Sequence record: PQ871103.1
Reading direction: 5' to 3' (one strand)
From: Escherichia phage vB_Eco_ZCEC15
DNA length: 64,000 nt
Shown here one piece after another: positions 38,302 through 47,599 of the stretch. How positions within the stretch are numbered: the first letter of the stretch is position 1; each line of letters opens with the position of its first letter. The translations under genes were made by a program, and so were the position numbers. The notes below the pieces were generated by a model. That model saw only the letters and a program-made list of their open reading frames with translations, ran no database searches and was not told the origin of the DNA.

Positions 38302-39266
38302 TGTATTCTTTAGAGGAATTTAATAATCAAGCAATAAACGCAGATTTTCAACGTAATAATATGTTTAGCTGCGTTTTTGCGACAACTCCATCAACTAAAA
38401 GCTCTTCGTTGATAAGTTCAATTAGCAACTTTTCTTATAATAATTTGGGTCTAAATTCAGACTGGTTAGGATTGTCTCAAGGCGATATTAATCAGGGAAT
38501 TACCACGCTAATTACTGCTGGCACACAAAAACTGATAAGAAAATCAGGGGTTAGTAAATATCTTATTGGTGCCATGAGTCAACGTACAGTTCAAAGTTTA
38601 TTGGGCTCATTTACAGTCGGTACATATTTAATTGACTTCTTTAACATGGCATATAACTCATCTGGGTTGATGATATATTCTGTAAAAATGCCAGAGAATA
38701 GATTATCCTATGAAACTGACTGGAACTATAATTCTCCTAATATTCGTATAACTGGGAGAGAATTAGACCCTTTGGTTATTTCATTTAGAATGGATTCAGA
38801 AGCTTGTAACTATCGTGCAATGCAAGACTGGGTTAACGCTGTTCAAGACCCAGTAACTGGACTGCGTGCTTTGCCACAAGATGTCGAGGCAGATATTCAG
38901 GTTAATCTTCATGCTCGTAATGGATTACCTCATACTGCGGTGATGTTCACTGGATGCATTCCAGTGTCAGTGAGCGCTCCTGAGTTATCATATGATGGAG
39001 ATAACCAAATAACTACATTTGATGTTACTTTTGCATATAGAGTCATGCAGGCTGGAGCAGTTGATAGACAAGCTGCCCTTGAATGGCTTGAATCTGCTGC
39101 TATAAACGGTATTCAAAGCGTTCTCGGAAATAGTGGAGGTGTCACTGGATTATCTAATTCGCTTTCACGACTTAGTAGATTAGGGGGAACTGCTGGAAGC
39201 ATTTCAAACATTAATACTATGACGGGAATTGTCAACTCGCAAAGTAAAATATTAGGAGCAATATAA
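38301..39266 (+). CDS. 54: baseplate-tail tube initiator gp54
   Basis: 321 aa (T4 gp54 about 320); followed by bidirectional hairpin terminator. Confidence 0.92.
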   Translation: MYSLEEFNNQAINADFQRNNMFSCVFATTPSTKSSSLISSISNFSYNNLGLNSDWLGLSQGDINQGITTLITAGTQKLIRKSGVSKYLIGAMSQRTVQSLLGSFTVGTYLIDFFNMAYNSSGLMIYSVKMPENRLSYETDWNYNSPNIRITGRELDPLVISFRMDSEACNYRAMQDWVNAVQDPVTGLRALPQDVEADIQVNLHARNGLPHTAVMFTGCIPVSVSAPELSYDGDNQITTFDVTFAYRVMQAGAVDRQAALEWLESAAINGIQSVLGNSGGVTGLSNSLSRLSRLGGTAGSISNINTMTGIVNSQSKILGAI

Positions 39267-39270
39267 CAAT

Positions 39271-39300
39271 GGGGACCTTTTGGTCCCCATATTTTTATTT
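39271..39300. terminator. bidirectional terminator between gene 54 (+) and minus-strand early genes
   Basis: GGGGACC-TTTT-GGTCCCC hairpin followed by ATATTTTTATTT. Confidence 0.8.
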
Positions 39301-39585
39301 ACGGAATGAAATAAAAGCAGCAACTGAAGCAACTAAACTGTCTTCAATATAAACTTCAATTTTTACCGGAGCTTCTGACTCAAATTTACCTGTTACTACA
39401 CCTTGGAAAATGCTTTCAGTCTGTTCTGGCTTTGAAAAATTTTCAGAAGGAAAAATTCCGAACTTTTTATCTGTTCCAAAAATTTTGATAAATTCATCAT
39501 AAACTGCTTCATTAAAAGCGTTATCAGCAGGAATAACGCCTTCAACTACAAGTTCTTGACCTAAAAAGCGTAAAGAAGATTTCAT
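39295..39585 (-). CDS. hypothetical early protein, 96 aa
   Basis: Minus-strand ORF directly downstream of a perfect early promoter (GTTTACA-N17-TATAAT) that is a 54-bp exact copy of the alc promoter/leader. Confidence 0.65.
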   Translation of the reverse strand: MKSSLRFLGQELVVEGVIPADNAFNEAVYDEFIKIFGTDKKFGIFPSENFSKPEQTESIFQGVVTGKFESEAPVKIEVYIEDSLVASVAAFISFRK

Positions 39586-39592
39586 TTTGTGT

Positions 39593-39646
39593 TCCTCATG
39601 TTATGTCAGTAAGATTATTATAACACAACACGAGGGACTTGTAAAC
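39593..39646 (-). promoter_or_regulatory. early promoter cassette copy A (GTTTACA-N17-TATAAT plus leader)
   Basis: Minus strand GTTTACAAGTCCCTCGTGTTGTGTTATAATAATCTTACTGACATAACATGAGGA; identical over 54 nt to 55161-55214. Confidence 0.8.
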
Positions 39647-41703
39647 TACATCTTGAACTTTTTAGACATTTCGTTGATGTTAACCAAAGAAGCCAAGATT
39701 TGAGAAACTTCGTTTTCCTCTTCTTTTGATTCTTCTACAAGGAATTGATTAAACCCAGCCATTGGACGAACTTCGCCAGTTTCCATTAGATGATCGCCAT
39801 CATATACCGATTCTTCTAATTGTTCAGAAGGAGGAACGATTGTGCCTTCGATTAGATACTTGTTATAAGCAGTTTCTTTCATCATGTACGTGCTTACTTT
39901 ATTAATCTTCAACAAAATTCCACGCGGTAGAATAACTTCAGCTTCTGATGGAAATCCTGATAAATGACCTGGAACGATAACTTTGATTCGCTCAGCCCCT
40001 TTAATTACCATACCTACGCTAGCTTCAGCATCTTCATTAGCATATGCAGAATGACTACCCATATGCATTAAATCTTCAGCATCAACAGAACCTTCTCCTT
40101 CACCAGAAAATACTGCGCCGGAATCATCTAGAGCCATATAGTTTTTACCATGCTCACCGAAGATATTTGGTTTAAGCGACGTGGATACGAAGTTCTTGAA
40201 ATAGAACATTTTATTTTCAATATTATGACGTAAAGTTTTAAAAGTAACTTCTTGCCCACGATAAAGCGTAGTTCCTGGAGGAAGAACTGATCCTTTGGCG
40301 AATGCAGAATCCAGCGTCTCGATGTGTTTAATAGCTCGTTCAATGTATTCTTCACGGGTAGAATCTGGTTTACCCAAGAGGAACGAGTTCATTTCAACAT
40401 ATGAATCTGCACAATAATCTTCAATTACATCAGACTCAGCCTGAGTCAGTCCTTTTGGAGTTACTTCGGTGCTTGCATATTCATACGCCTGAGCAGCAGA
40501 TGCATTAATCAATTTATAAATGCCATTCATGACAAATCGAATAATAGCTACCTTTTCGTCTGGTGTGGCTTTAGAACCTTTAACTAAATCATTGATAATT
40601 TTCTTAATAACATCAAAGCTATTAGAAATATTAATGTCAGCGAGATCGCTCAAAATTTTATCGGTTTTATAATCAAAAAATTCTTTATTCTTTAAATATT
40701 CTTGAGAACCTTGATGTGTTATATCGCTCTGCAGTCTGATAGACGGATCACGTAAACGTGCATGGGCCAATGCAATATCATTTCGGAAGCTTTCTAGTTC
40801 ATAATCGTTAGATTTAAAACGAGAAGCACTTCTCATACCACCGATAGCTCCTTTGCTGAAGTTTGAACCAATCTGAATAACGCCAGAGTTCATTGATCCT
40901 TCTGCTTTATATACCGGAACTTTAGATTCAAACTCTTGATATTTCTTGGCAGCGAAGCTATCACCCTGTAGCGAAGCATCGACAGTAGAATATTGAGCTT
41001 GCGCTGCTAATCGACGACTAATTTTAGTTTTCTGAATAACAGCTTGATCCGTGCGCTTATCATTTTCTAAAGCAACAGAAGCAGCAACAGCAACAGCTTT
41101 AGGAACAGCATTACCTGTTTTAACATCTACATAAACATCACCAACCTTTGATTCAACTTTTGTGAATAACTCAGTTGAAATAGGAGGTACACCTGGAATG
41201 TCTTCTAAATTGGCATTTTTACGGTAAACCATAATATATGCATACTTTTTATCGTAATCCCAGATTTCCTTTAAAAGAACATATCGACCTGCTCCTTTAG
41301 TACGTACTAAACGGTCAGCAATAACTTGCATCTGACGAGCAGCGCCATTTGTTTTACTTTTTAGTACGCGGAATAGGCATGCGTCAATTTTATACTGTTT
41401 CATTGTTTGAAGAGCAGTATCAAAAACCGCATTAATGACACCAATTGGATTTCCACCCAAGTTTTTAAGTTTAACTAATGATAGTTTCTCATTAACACCT
41501 ATCATTACGATATGCATCATTTTATCGCCTGGCTTAACGTTTTTATTTGTATCACCGCCAGAGGTGTATGTACAAAATCTAAATCCAGGAAGCACGCTTT
41601 CTTCACCGGCTTGAATAGCAAAAATTTGAGGTATTTTATGCTTAGGATTTAAGTTAACAACCGGCGCCGAAGCGCCGTCAAATAATTCTGTAATAAGTTC
41701 CAT
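39646..41703 (-). CDS. Alt-like ADP-ribosyltransferase, paralog 2 (685 aa)
   Basis: N-terminus MELITELFD shared with adjacent paralog; C-terminal ART-like signature: Arg (TTLYRGQ), STS (FVSTSL), Glu-x-Glu (SEAEVILPRG). Confidence 0.85.
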   Translation of the reverse strand: MELITELFDGASAPVVNLNPKHKIPQIFAIQAGEESVLPGFRFCTYTSGGDTNKNVKPGDKMMHIVMIGVNEKLSLVKLKNLGGNPIGVINAVFDTALQTMKQYKIDACLFRVLKSKTNGAARQMQVIADRLVRTKGAGRYVLLKEIWDYDKKYAYIMVYRKNANLEDIPGVPPISTELFTKVESKVGDVYVDVKTGNAVPKAVAVAASVALENDKRTDQAVIQKTKISRRLAAQAQYSTVDASLQGDSFAAKKYQEFESKVPVYKAEGSMNSGVIQIGSNFSKGAIGGMRSASRFKSNDYELESFRNDIALAHARLRDPSIRLQSDITHQGSQEYLKNKEFFDYKTDKILSDLADINISNSFDVIKKIINDLVKGSKATPDEKVAIIRFVMNGIYKLINASAAQAYEYASTEVTPKGLTQAESDVIEDYCADSYVEMNSFLLGKPDSTREEYIERAIKHIETLDSAFAKGSVLPPGTTLYRGQEVTFKTLRHNIENKMFYFKNFVSTSLKPNIFGEHGKNYMALDDSGAVFSGEGEGSVDAEDLMHMGSHSAYANEDAEASVGMVIKGAERIKVIVPGHLSGFPSEAEVILPRGILLKINKVSTYMMKETAYNKYLIEGTIVPPSEQLEESVYDGDHLMETGEVRPMAGFNQFLVEESKEEENEVSQILASLVNINEMSKKFKM

Positions 41704-41706
41704 GAT

Positions 41707-43803
41707 TTATCCTTGAACGAACTTGTAAGGCATGTTTGCAATATCTATGCAAGATGCAATAATTCCAAGAGATGATTCTACTTTTTGTTTAACATTTGAT
41801 GAAACAAATGTTGCAAAGTCAACTCTGTCTTCTATTTCAATATCATCTGTCATTGCAACTACTTCACCAGTTTCCATTAGACTGTCACCGTCATAAATTA
41901 CCGATTCGGTGAGTTCTTCTGTAGTCATAACTTCAGCTTGAATGAGTTTTGTATTATTAGATGTTGTTCCGTCATTATTAGAAGCATCAGTTATTTTATT
42001 AACTTTGACCATCAATCCGCGCGGCAGAATAACTTCAGCTTCTGTTGCTATTCCGAGACTTCCTGGATATACAACATTAACTTTATGAGCTCCATCAATT
42101 GCCCATCCTATTTGAACTTTAACGTATTCAGGATTTTCTTTATACGCTCTTATTTCATTTGGATTAATAGTTATTCCTTCTTCATTTTTATCAACTGTTA
42201 ATTCATTACGAGCTTCTGGTTCTAAAAGACCAATACCAGCATGCGTAATTCCAAAACGTCCAAAAATGATAGGAGTTAAAGAAGTAGATACAAAATTTCT
42301 GAAATAGAACACTTTATTTTTAACTAGTGCTTCGTATATAGGAGCAGTCATGCTTTGAGCACGATAAACTGTAATGCCTTCTGGTATACGGTCACCATTT
42401 TCAAAGGCTGAATCTAAATTATTTATCGCAGATTCAATTTCTTTTTCACTCATTACCTCATATCGTTCTGGATTGTAGCGACCTAAAAGAAGATTATTGA
42501 TGTCAGTATATCCTGAACCACAATACTCTCTAATGCCGCGCTTTTGTGATGGAGTATATTTAGAACCATCACGAGCAATAGTAATATCAATCATTGGACC
42601 TGCACCAATTCCAGAAAAACTATAAATCATTCTTTTGAGGAATTTAGTTTTTGCTGCGTTCCAGGAATTTTTAGTTATTTCTTCCCAGACTTCATCTGTC
42701 TGTCCTTTACGAGTTTTATTATGTTTATCAAGCCAGTTATCTTTATATTCTTCAAATAATTGATTAACAACTGTTGCGTATTTCTCTAAACATTTTATTG
42801 AAGTAGTTGGTTCATTTTTAATCGCATTAAGAATTACATCTTTAATTTTTTCAGAAACTTCATTAACCTCACTTTTTGAAAAGAATTTATAGTCATAATG
42901 AAGTTCATCTGCAGTTCCTTCAGCAATAATTTTTGCTGCCTTAGTTTTAGAAGCTAATGAATTAATTCCAAGCTTCATTTCTTCTGCTTCGGGAATTAAA
43001 GGAGCTGTAGCAGGTTTATTGAAATTAGCTGCGGTAGATTCATACTTCTGGAATAATTCACTTTCAAATCTAGAAGATTCCAATGATTGACTTTGTGCAA
43101 TTGCTCTACGGGAAATTTTAACTTTAACGATTACAGCTTGGTCAGAACGTTTATCATTTTCTAGTGCAATAGATGCTGCAATTGCCTCATTTTTAGTTAC
43201 TTGAGCTCCAGTATCTTTATTGATATAAACATCACCGACTTTCGATTCAACTTTAGTAAAGAGCTCGGTACTAATTTCTGGAACTCCTGGAATGTCTTCT
43301 AATGATACATTTTTGCGATGTATAAGAATATATGCATACTTTTTATCATAATCCCAGAGTTCCTTAAGAAGGACGTATCTGCCACCTGAGCGACTACGGA
43401 TAAGTCTATCAGCAATAACTTGAATTTGTCGAGCTTGACCAGCAGTTTTAGACTTAAGAATACGGAGCATACAGGCATCAATTTTATACTGACGCATTGT
43501 TTGCATTGCAACAGTAAAAACTGAATTGATATAATTAATTGGGCTTGGACCAAGACCTTTCAATTTAGCAATTGAACCTTTAGCAGTTAATGTAAAAGGA
43601 ACAATATGCATCATTTTATCGCCCATCTTTAAATCACGATTAGTATCACCTCCAGATGTATAGGTACATAAACGAAAGCCTGGTTGTTCAATTGCATCAT
43701 CAACATGAACTGAAAAAATTTGTGGTATTTTCTTCTTTGGATTTAAGTTTGTAATCGGAAGAGTAGTATCTTCGTCAAATAATTCTGTAATGAGTTCCAT
43801 CAT
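41707..43803 (-). CDS. alt: Alt ADP-ribosyltransferase (698 aa), head-packaged internal protein
   Basis: N-terminus (M)MELITELFD; ART signature Arg (ITVYRAQ), STS (FVSTSL), Glu-x-Glu (TEAEVILPRG); late promoter TATAAATA and hairpin upstream on minus strand; position between 54 and 30 as T4 alt. Confidence 0.88.
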   Translation of the reverse strand: MMELITELFDEDTTLPITNLNPKKKIPQIFSVHVDDAIEQPGFRLCTYTSGGDTNRDLKMGDKMMHIVPFTLTAKGSIAKLKGLGPSPINYINSVFTVAMQTMRQYKIDACMLRILKSKTAGQARQIQVIADRLIRSRSGGRYVLLKELWDYDKKYAYILIHRKNVSLEDIPGVPEISTELFTKVESKVGDVYINKDTGAQVTKNEAIAASIALENDKRSDQAVIVKVKISRRAIAQSQSLESSRFESELFQKYESTAANFNKPATAPLIPEAEEMKLGINSLASKTKAAKIIAEGTADELHYDYKFFSKSEVNEVSEKIKDVILNAIKNEPTTSIKCLEKYATVVNQLFEEYKDNWLDKHNKTRKGQTDEVWEEITKNSWNAAKTKFLKRMIYSFSGIGAGPMIDITIARDGSKYTPSQKRGIREYCGSGYTDINNLLLGRYNPERYEVMSEKEIESAINNLDSAFENGDRIPEGITVYRAQSMTAPIYEALVKNKVFYFRNFVSTSLTPIIFGRFGITHAGIGLLEPEARNELTVDKNEEGITINPNEIRAYKENPEYVKVQIGWAIDGAHKVNVVYPGSLGIATEAEVILPRGLMVKVNKITDASNNDGTTSNNTKLIQAEVMTTEELTESVIYDGDSLMETGEVVAMTDDIEIEDRVDFATFVSSNVKQKVESSLGIIASCIDIANMPYKFVQG

Positions 43804-43823
43804 ATCCTCTCTAGTGTTTATTC

Positions 43824-43831
43824 TATTTATA
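43824..43831 (-). promoter_or_regulatory. late promoter TATAAATA for alt operon
   Basis: Minus strand TATAAATA about 20 nt upstream of alt start, preceded by GGCC-UUCG-GGCC hairpin (43839-43852). Confidence 0.7.
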
Positions 43832-43838
43832 AAATTAA

Positions 43839-43852
43839 AGGCCCGAAGGCCT
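43839..43852 (-). terminator. AGGCC-UUCG-GGCCU hairpin upstream of alt late promoter
   Basis: Plus strand aggcccgaaggcct; on minus strand followed by UUUAAUUUUAUAAAU. Confidence 0.6.
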
Positions 43853-44041
43853 TTAATAATCTATAGGTAAGAGAGTACGATATATTTCAAACTTTGGACC
43901 TTTTTCATAAGCATCAAAAGTTTCTGTGAATTTATTATAAGCATATGCATCTATAAATTCAATCATAATTTGTGATACAGAAGTAGAAACATCTCCACCT
44001 TCTTTTTGAGCCACGACAATTGTTTCTAAGTAAGCTTTCAT
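43853..44041 (-). CDS. hypothetical small protein between ligase and alt
   Basis: 62 aa; start overlaps ligase stop (ATGA). Confidence 0.55.
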   Translation of the reverse strand: MKAYLETIVVAQKEGGDVSTSVSQIMIEFIDAYAYNKFTETFDAYEKGPKFEIYRTLLPIDY

Positions 44042-45498
44042 AGACCAGTTACCTCATGAAAATCACCAAATACATCCTCGAATGTATTAGCTTTAGTTTT
44101 ATCTTCACGTAAACGAATCGCAATCGGAAGAAATAATTTAACGTAATCAGTGCGGCCATCAGATTTTAACCAACCATTGCATTCACATTCTAGAATTTTT
44201 CCAATATAATAATTTTGATTTTCCATAATGCGAGTACGGTCAAGTTCATGCGATTTTACACCGGCTTTATCTTTTAAGCCTGAACCAGCATTTACTTTAA
44301 TTTTTCCACACTCTGATTCAAGAATAAATCCACCTGCTTTAGTAGGGTCTTTACGGTGAGGATAAATTCCTACAATTTTTAAATCAACATCAATTACTTC
44401 TTTAAATTTATAAAGATTTTTTGAACGAGCATTTTCCCACAATCCATCGGTATTTTTGAGAATAATACCTTCAAGACCTTGGTCAATATATTTTTTATAA
44501 ATTACCTTAGCTTCATCTAGGTTATTTACTACCTGGTTTTCAATTAAAATTACTTTATCATATCCTGACGTCATTTGTTCTAATTTAGAAAAACGTACAT
44601 CATATTTTAAACGAAACGCCGGAAGACCGTATATTTCTACCAACGGGACATAATCCCAGACCTGAAACTTCATGCATTTGGCTTCTTTTTCTGAAATAGT
44701 TCCCTTTAAAGATTTATTGGCGATTCCATTAGAAGCAGTACGTGATTCAGCTACTTCGGCAAACTCTTTAACTTTACTATTTTCAGGAGCGTCAAAAAGA
44801 AAATCTAGGCCTTCTGGCTCCTTTTCAACTTGCTCGTGGTATACCAATTCGCCATCAATTAACACACCTTCTGGATGAATCTGGCGGGCTTCTGCAGTCA
44901 TTTTGATTAACTCTTCCTTAAGAAGATCTAATCCTAGATATTCATTACCAGCTCGTGATAAAAGACGAACATCATCTAATTCATCACCTCGGACTTCAGC
45001 AAAACACCGAGCTCCATCTGCTTTTAACTGTGCAAAGGCTGGAAATTTGATATTCTTACTAATGCCTTTTTCATCATAAGAACTTGCCAGCATTTGAGGT
45101 TGTTCAGGAATTAAACCTGGCCAAACTTTATTTGCAATAGATACCGAAGCACCACATTCAAGGTCTCGCATCATAACTCGACGCAAAACTTCAACATCAT
45201 CCTTTTTACCATCAGTGATATATCCAGTTAATTCCTCAATTGCAGCATTTCCAGTCAATTTCCGAGTAGCTAACGTGAATTCAATGAAGTCAAGCATATC
45301 GGTAATAGTCAGCATTCCAAAACTCTGGGTAGAAATACCAGGTTTAGGCCATTTCTTGATATAATACTGTAACCCACGAGAATAAGTCAGACGATATACT
45401 CTTTTAAGCAATTCATTATCTTTATTCTTTTCAAGAATTGCTTGCTTCTGCTTAGTTGATCCAATAGATGCTATTTCATTCAGAATTTTAAGAATCAT
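44038..45498 (-). CDS. 30: ATP-dependent DNA ligase gp30
   Basis: 486 aa; N-terminus MILKILNEIASIGSTKQKQAILEKNKDNELLKRVY as T4 ligase; adenylation motif KADGARC. Confidence 0.95.
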   Translation of the reverse strand: MILKILNEIASIGSTKQKQAILEKNKDNELLKRVYRLTYSRGLQYYIKKWPKPGISTQSFGMLTITDMLDFIEFTLATRKLTGNAAIEELTGYITDGKKDDVEVLRRVMMRDLECGASVSIANKVWPGLIPEQPQMLASSYDEKGISKNIKFPAFAQLKADGARCFAEVRGDELDDVRLLSRAGNEYLGLDLLKEELIKMTAEARQIHPEGVLIDGELVYHEQVEKEPEGLDFLFDAPENSKVKEFAEVAESRTASNGIANKSLKGTISEKEAKCMKFQVWDYVPLVEIYGLPAFRLKYDVRFSKLEQMTSGYDKVILIENQVVNNLDEAKVIYKKYIDQGLEGIILKNTDGLWENARSKNLYKFKEVIDVDLKIVGIYPHRKDPTKAGGFILESECGKIKVNAGSGLKDKAGVKSHELDRTRIMENQNYYIGKILECECNGWLKSDGRTDYVKLFLPIAIRLREDKTKANTFEDVFGDFHEVTGL

Positions 45499-45764
45499 TG
45501 CTCATCCTTCAAGGTTTGGTTTACAGCTCTATTATAAATCAATTCATCATTAAGCTCAGGCAAAGACCTATGATATGTAGTTCTAACTTTATTTCCTTGC
45601 ATCCAGTGCTTAACGTAAATGAAACCTTGCTCTACACATTTTTTAAAAATTCGTTCGTCTTTTTGAGCTCGGAATTCTGGATTGCATCTAAAAAATTGAT
45701 TTACGTGACCGTAATCACGTGTAGTATTACCTTCATTTTCATAAATAGTGTGAACGACAAACAT
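45495..45764 (-). CDS. hypothetical protein (30.x cluster)
   Basis: 89 aa, co-oriented, overlapping neighbours by 4 nt. Confidence 0.6.
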   Translation of the reverse strand: MFVVHTIYENEGNTTRDYGHVNQFFRCNPEFRAQKDERIFKKCVEQGFIYVKHWMQGNKVRTTYHRSLPELNDELIYNRAVNQTLKDEQ

Positions 45765-46603
45765 TAGAATGCTCCTTGGAAAATATTATCACCGCTAGTA
45801 GGTCTATTATACAAATACTCTATGCCACCAGGTTTAATATAGTTCCATGTCTGAAATGGATGTGTCTGATATGGATGATATAGATGATTATAAGGATTAA
45901 ATCCAGGCGTTCTCCAGGTAGTGTTCCAAGGAAAAGAATCGTTTTTAACCATCTTCTCAATTAAATCTTTTATAGCTTTTTCACTATCAAAACTTTCTTT
46001 ATTTTCCTTCGGCGAAAAAAGCTTATTTTCTACATCATTCCATGTATAAACTCGCTGAGCAGTTTTTGGAATATTGTCACGCTCTCCTCGAGCCATCCAA
46101 TAAACAGGAACATTTAATATTTCACTCGCATGATCGCAGTGATGAGCGAGATCGTCAATATAACAAATTACGTTATATTTCTCTTTTGCCTTTTTAAACA
46201 ACTCTTCTTTTGAAGAATCATGACCACACATCATTACTTCTGAGAAGGCACCAGGAAAAAGAGCATTCAAATTAAATTGACGATTCAACAGAGCGTCAAT
46301 AGAATCACCCAATGCTGTGACAGCTACAAAATTATAATCTTCTTTTAATTTGTTAATTACACACAGTGCATCTTTATATGGAGACAAGTAACGAATAAAA
46401 TCTGATCGATTATATTTTTCAATTAGCTTGACACCAAGTTCTTCATCACAATTAAAGAGTTTACCTGGAGAAATAAATTTCTCATCTTGGATCATTTTTA
46501 AAATATGTTCTAACGGAAGATTATATTTCTGAGCAAAATAAGGAAGACCTGATTGCCAGCTTAAACATACTCCATCAATATCAGTTAAAATAGTAGGCTT
46601 CAT
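45764..46603 (-). CDS. hypothetical HAD-like phosphatase/nucleotidase (30.x cluster)
   Basis: 279 aa; N-terminal LTDIDGVCL resembles HAD motif I (DxDG); synteny with T4 30.2. Confidence 0.7.
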   Translation of the reverse strand: MKPTILTDIDGVCLSWQSGLPYFAQKYNLPLEHILKMIQDEKFISPGKLFNCDEELGVKLIEKYNRSDFIRYLSPYKDALCVINKLKEDYNFVAVTALGDSIDALLNRQFNLNALFPGAFSEVMMCGHDSSKEELFKKAKEKYNVICYIDDLAHHCDHASEILNVPVYWMARGERDNIPKTAQRVYTWNDVENKLFSPKENKESFDSEKAIKDLIEKMVKNDSFPWNTTWRTPGFNPYNHLYHPYQTHPFQTWNYIKPGGIEYLYNRPTSGDNIFQGAF

Positions 46604-47058
46604 AGAGAGTCTCTTAATAGGTTTAACACATCAATAAATTCAGCTTCGGTTAGTATTGTATCATCTTTTGTTAGACCACTAGCCATGCTGTGCTTCAAAA
46701 CTTTTCCTTTCGAGGCTTGTAATGCATCGCGAAAGCCCTTGTTTTGGAACGCTGCTTCAAAATATGCATTTGTGTATAATTCTTTCCACGCTGGAGAGTA
46801 TCTTGAAAACGGAACTCCAAGCCAGAAGAGGGTCCCACGGTCCTGAGCTCTAGCATAAGACCTTCCAGCTTGTTGGGCGGCAAGCCCGGATAACCCAAAT
46901 ATACGTCTTTGCTGTTCAACATTTTTCACCTTACATCCTTGGAGGAATCCTTCGAGACCTCCAAATTGAATGTCATCCATAACGAAAGGCCATTGGGCGA
47001 AATTACTTAATGCACATGATGGCCATTTAAAATTGCTTCTAATCTCTAACTCAGACAT
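46600..47058 (-). CDS. hypothetical protein (30.x cluster)
   Basis: 152 aa; co-oriented operon member. Confidence 0.65.
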   Translation of the reverse strand: MSELEIRSNFKWPSCALSNFAQWPFVMDDIQFGGLEGFLQGCKVKNVEQQRRIFGLSGLAAQQAGRSYARAQDRGTLFWLGVPFSRYSPAWKELYTNAYFEAAFQNKGFRDALQASKGKVLKHSMASGLTKDDTILTEAEFIDVLNLLRDSL

Positions 47059-47266
47059 CTTTAATACTTATAATTTCAATATCAGCCCAATGACCGTAAC
47101 TTGGTAAACGGTCTTCAATAGATAATCCGCCATCATATTTAAGCATTTTAATTGTCATAATATATGGCTCTAAATGGTCTTCAGTGAGCGGAGAGACATC
47201 AGTCACACGATAAGTAACTTCGACCATTTCCGTGCCCAGTAATTTCTTGATTAATTTCTTAAACAT
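47051..47266 (-). CDS. hypothetical protein (30.x cluster)
   Basis: 71 aa. Confidence 0.55.
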   Translation of the reverse strand: MFKKLIKKLLGTEMVEVTYRVTDVSPLTEDHLEPYIMTIKMLKYDGGLSIEDRLPSYGHWADIEIISIKDV

Positions 47267-47270
47267 TTTA

Positions 47271-47558
47271 TTAGAACCTCATCTGAAAACCGTGCGATTT
47301 AACATTACCGCCGCCAATATCAGAAATGTTAATTTCACGCGCAATTGAAGGGTCAATGTCAATTTCACGATTGAGTTTAGTGATAGCTAAAGTATCGCGG
47401 CCATTTACAGTACGGAACTCTAAAGGACATACTACATTAACGTAGTTTTTAATCGATTCGCTGGTAGGTTGCAAATGAGCAGGAAGGTCTTTAGGCGCCT
47501 TAGAGAAAACCACTTCACAGAAATTTTTGCGGGTGTCAAAATAAGTAGTCATAAACAT
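47271..47558 (-). CDS. hypothetical protein (30.x cluster)
   Basis: 95 aa. Confidence 0.55.
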   Translation of the reverse strand: MFMTTYFDTRKNFCEVVFSKAPKDLPAHLQPTSESIKNYVNVVCPLEFRTVNGRDTLAITKLNREIDIDPSIAREINISDIGGGNVKSHGFQMRF

Positions 47559-47574
47559 AGTATTTTCCTCAGTA

Positions 47575-47590
47575 AGGGGCCGAAGCCCCT
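47575..47590 (-). terminator. AGGGGC-UUCG-GCCCCU hairpin between 30.x genes
   Basis: Plus strand aggggccgaagcccct between two co-oriented minus-strand ORFs. Confidence 0.55.
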
Positions 47591-47599
47591 CATTTTATT

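Noticed and set aside
45512-45545. Plus-strand GTTTACAGCTCTATTATAAAT promoter-like string
   Set aside because: Spacer between -35-like and -10-like elements is only 7 nt, and all surrounding genes are on the minus strand.
45498-45767. Plus-strand 89-aa ORF exactly mirroring the minus-strand ORF 45495-45764
   Set aside because: Both strands are open; the minus-strand frame was chosen because it is co-oriented and overlaps ligase and the next gene by 4 nt in operon fashion.
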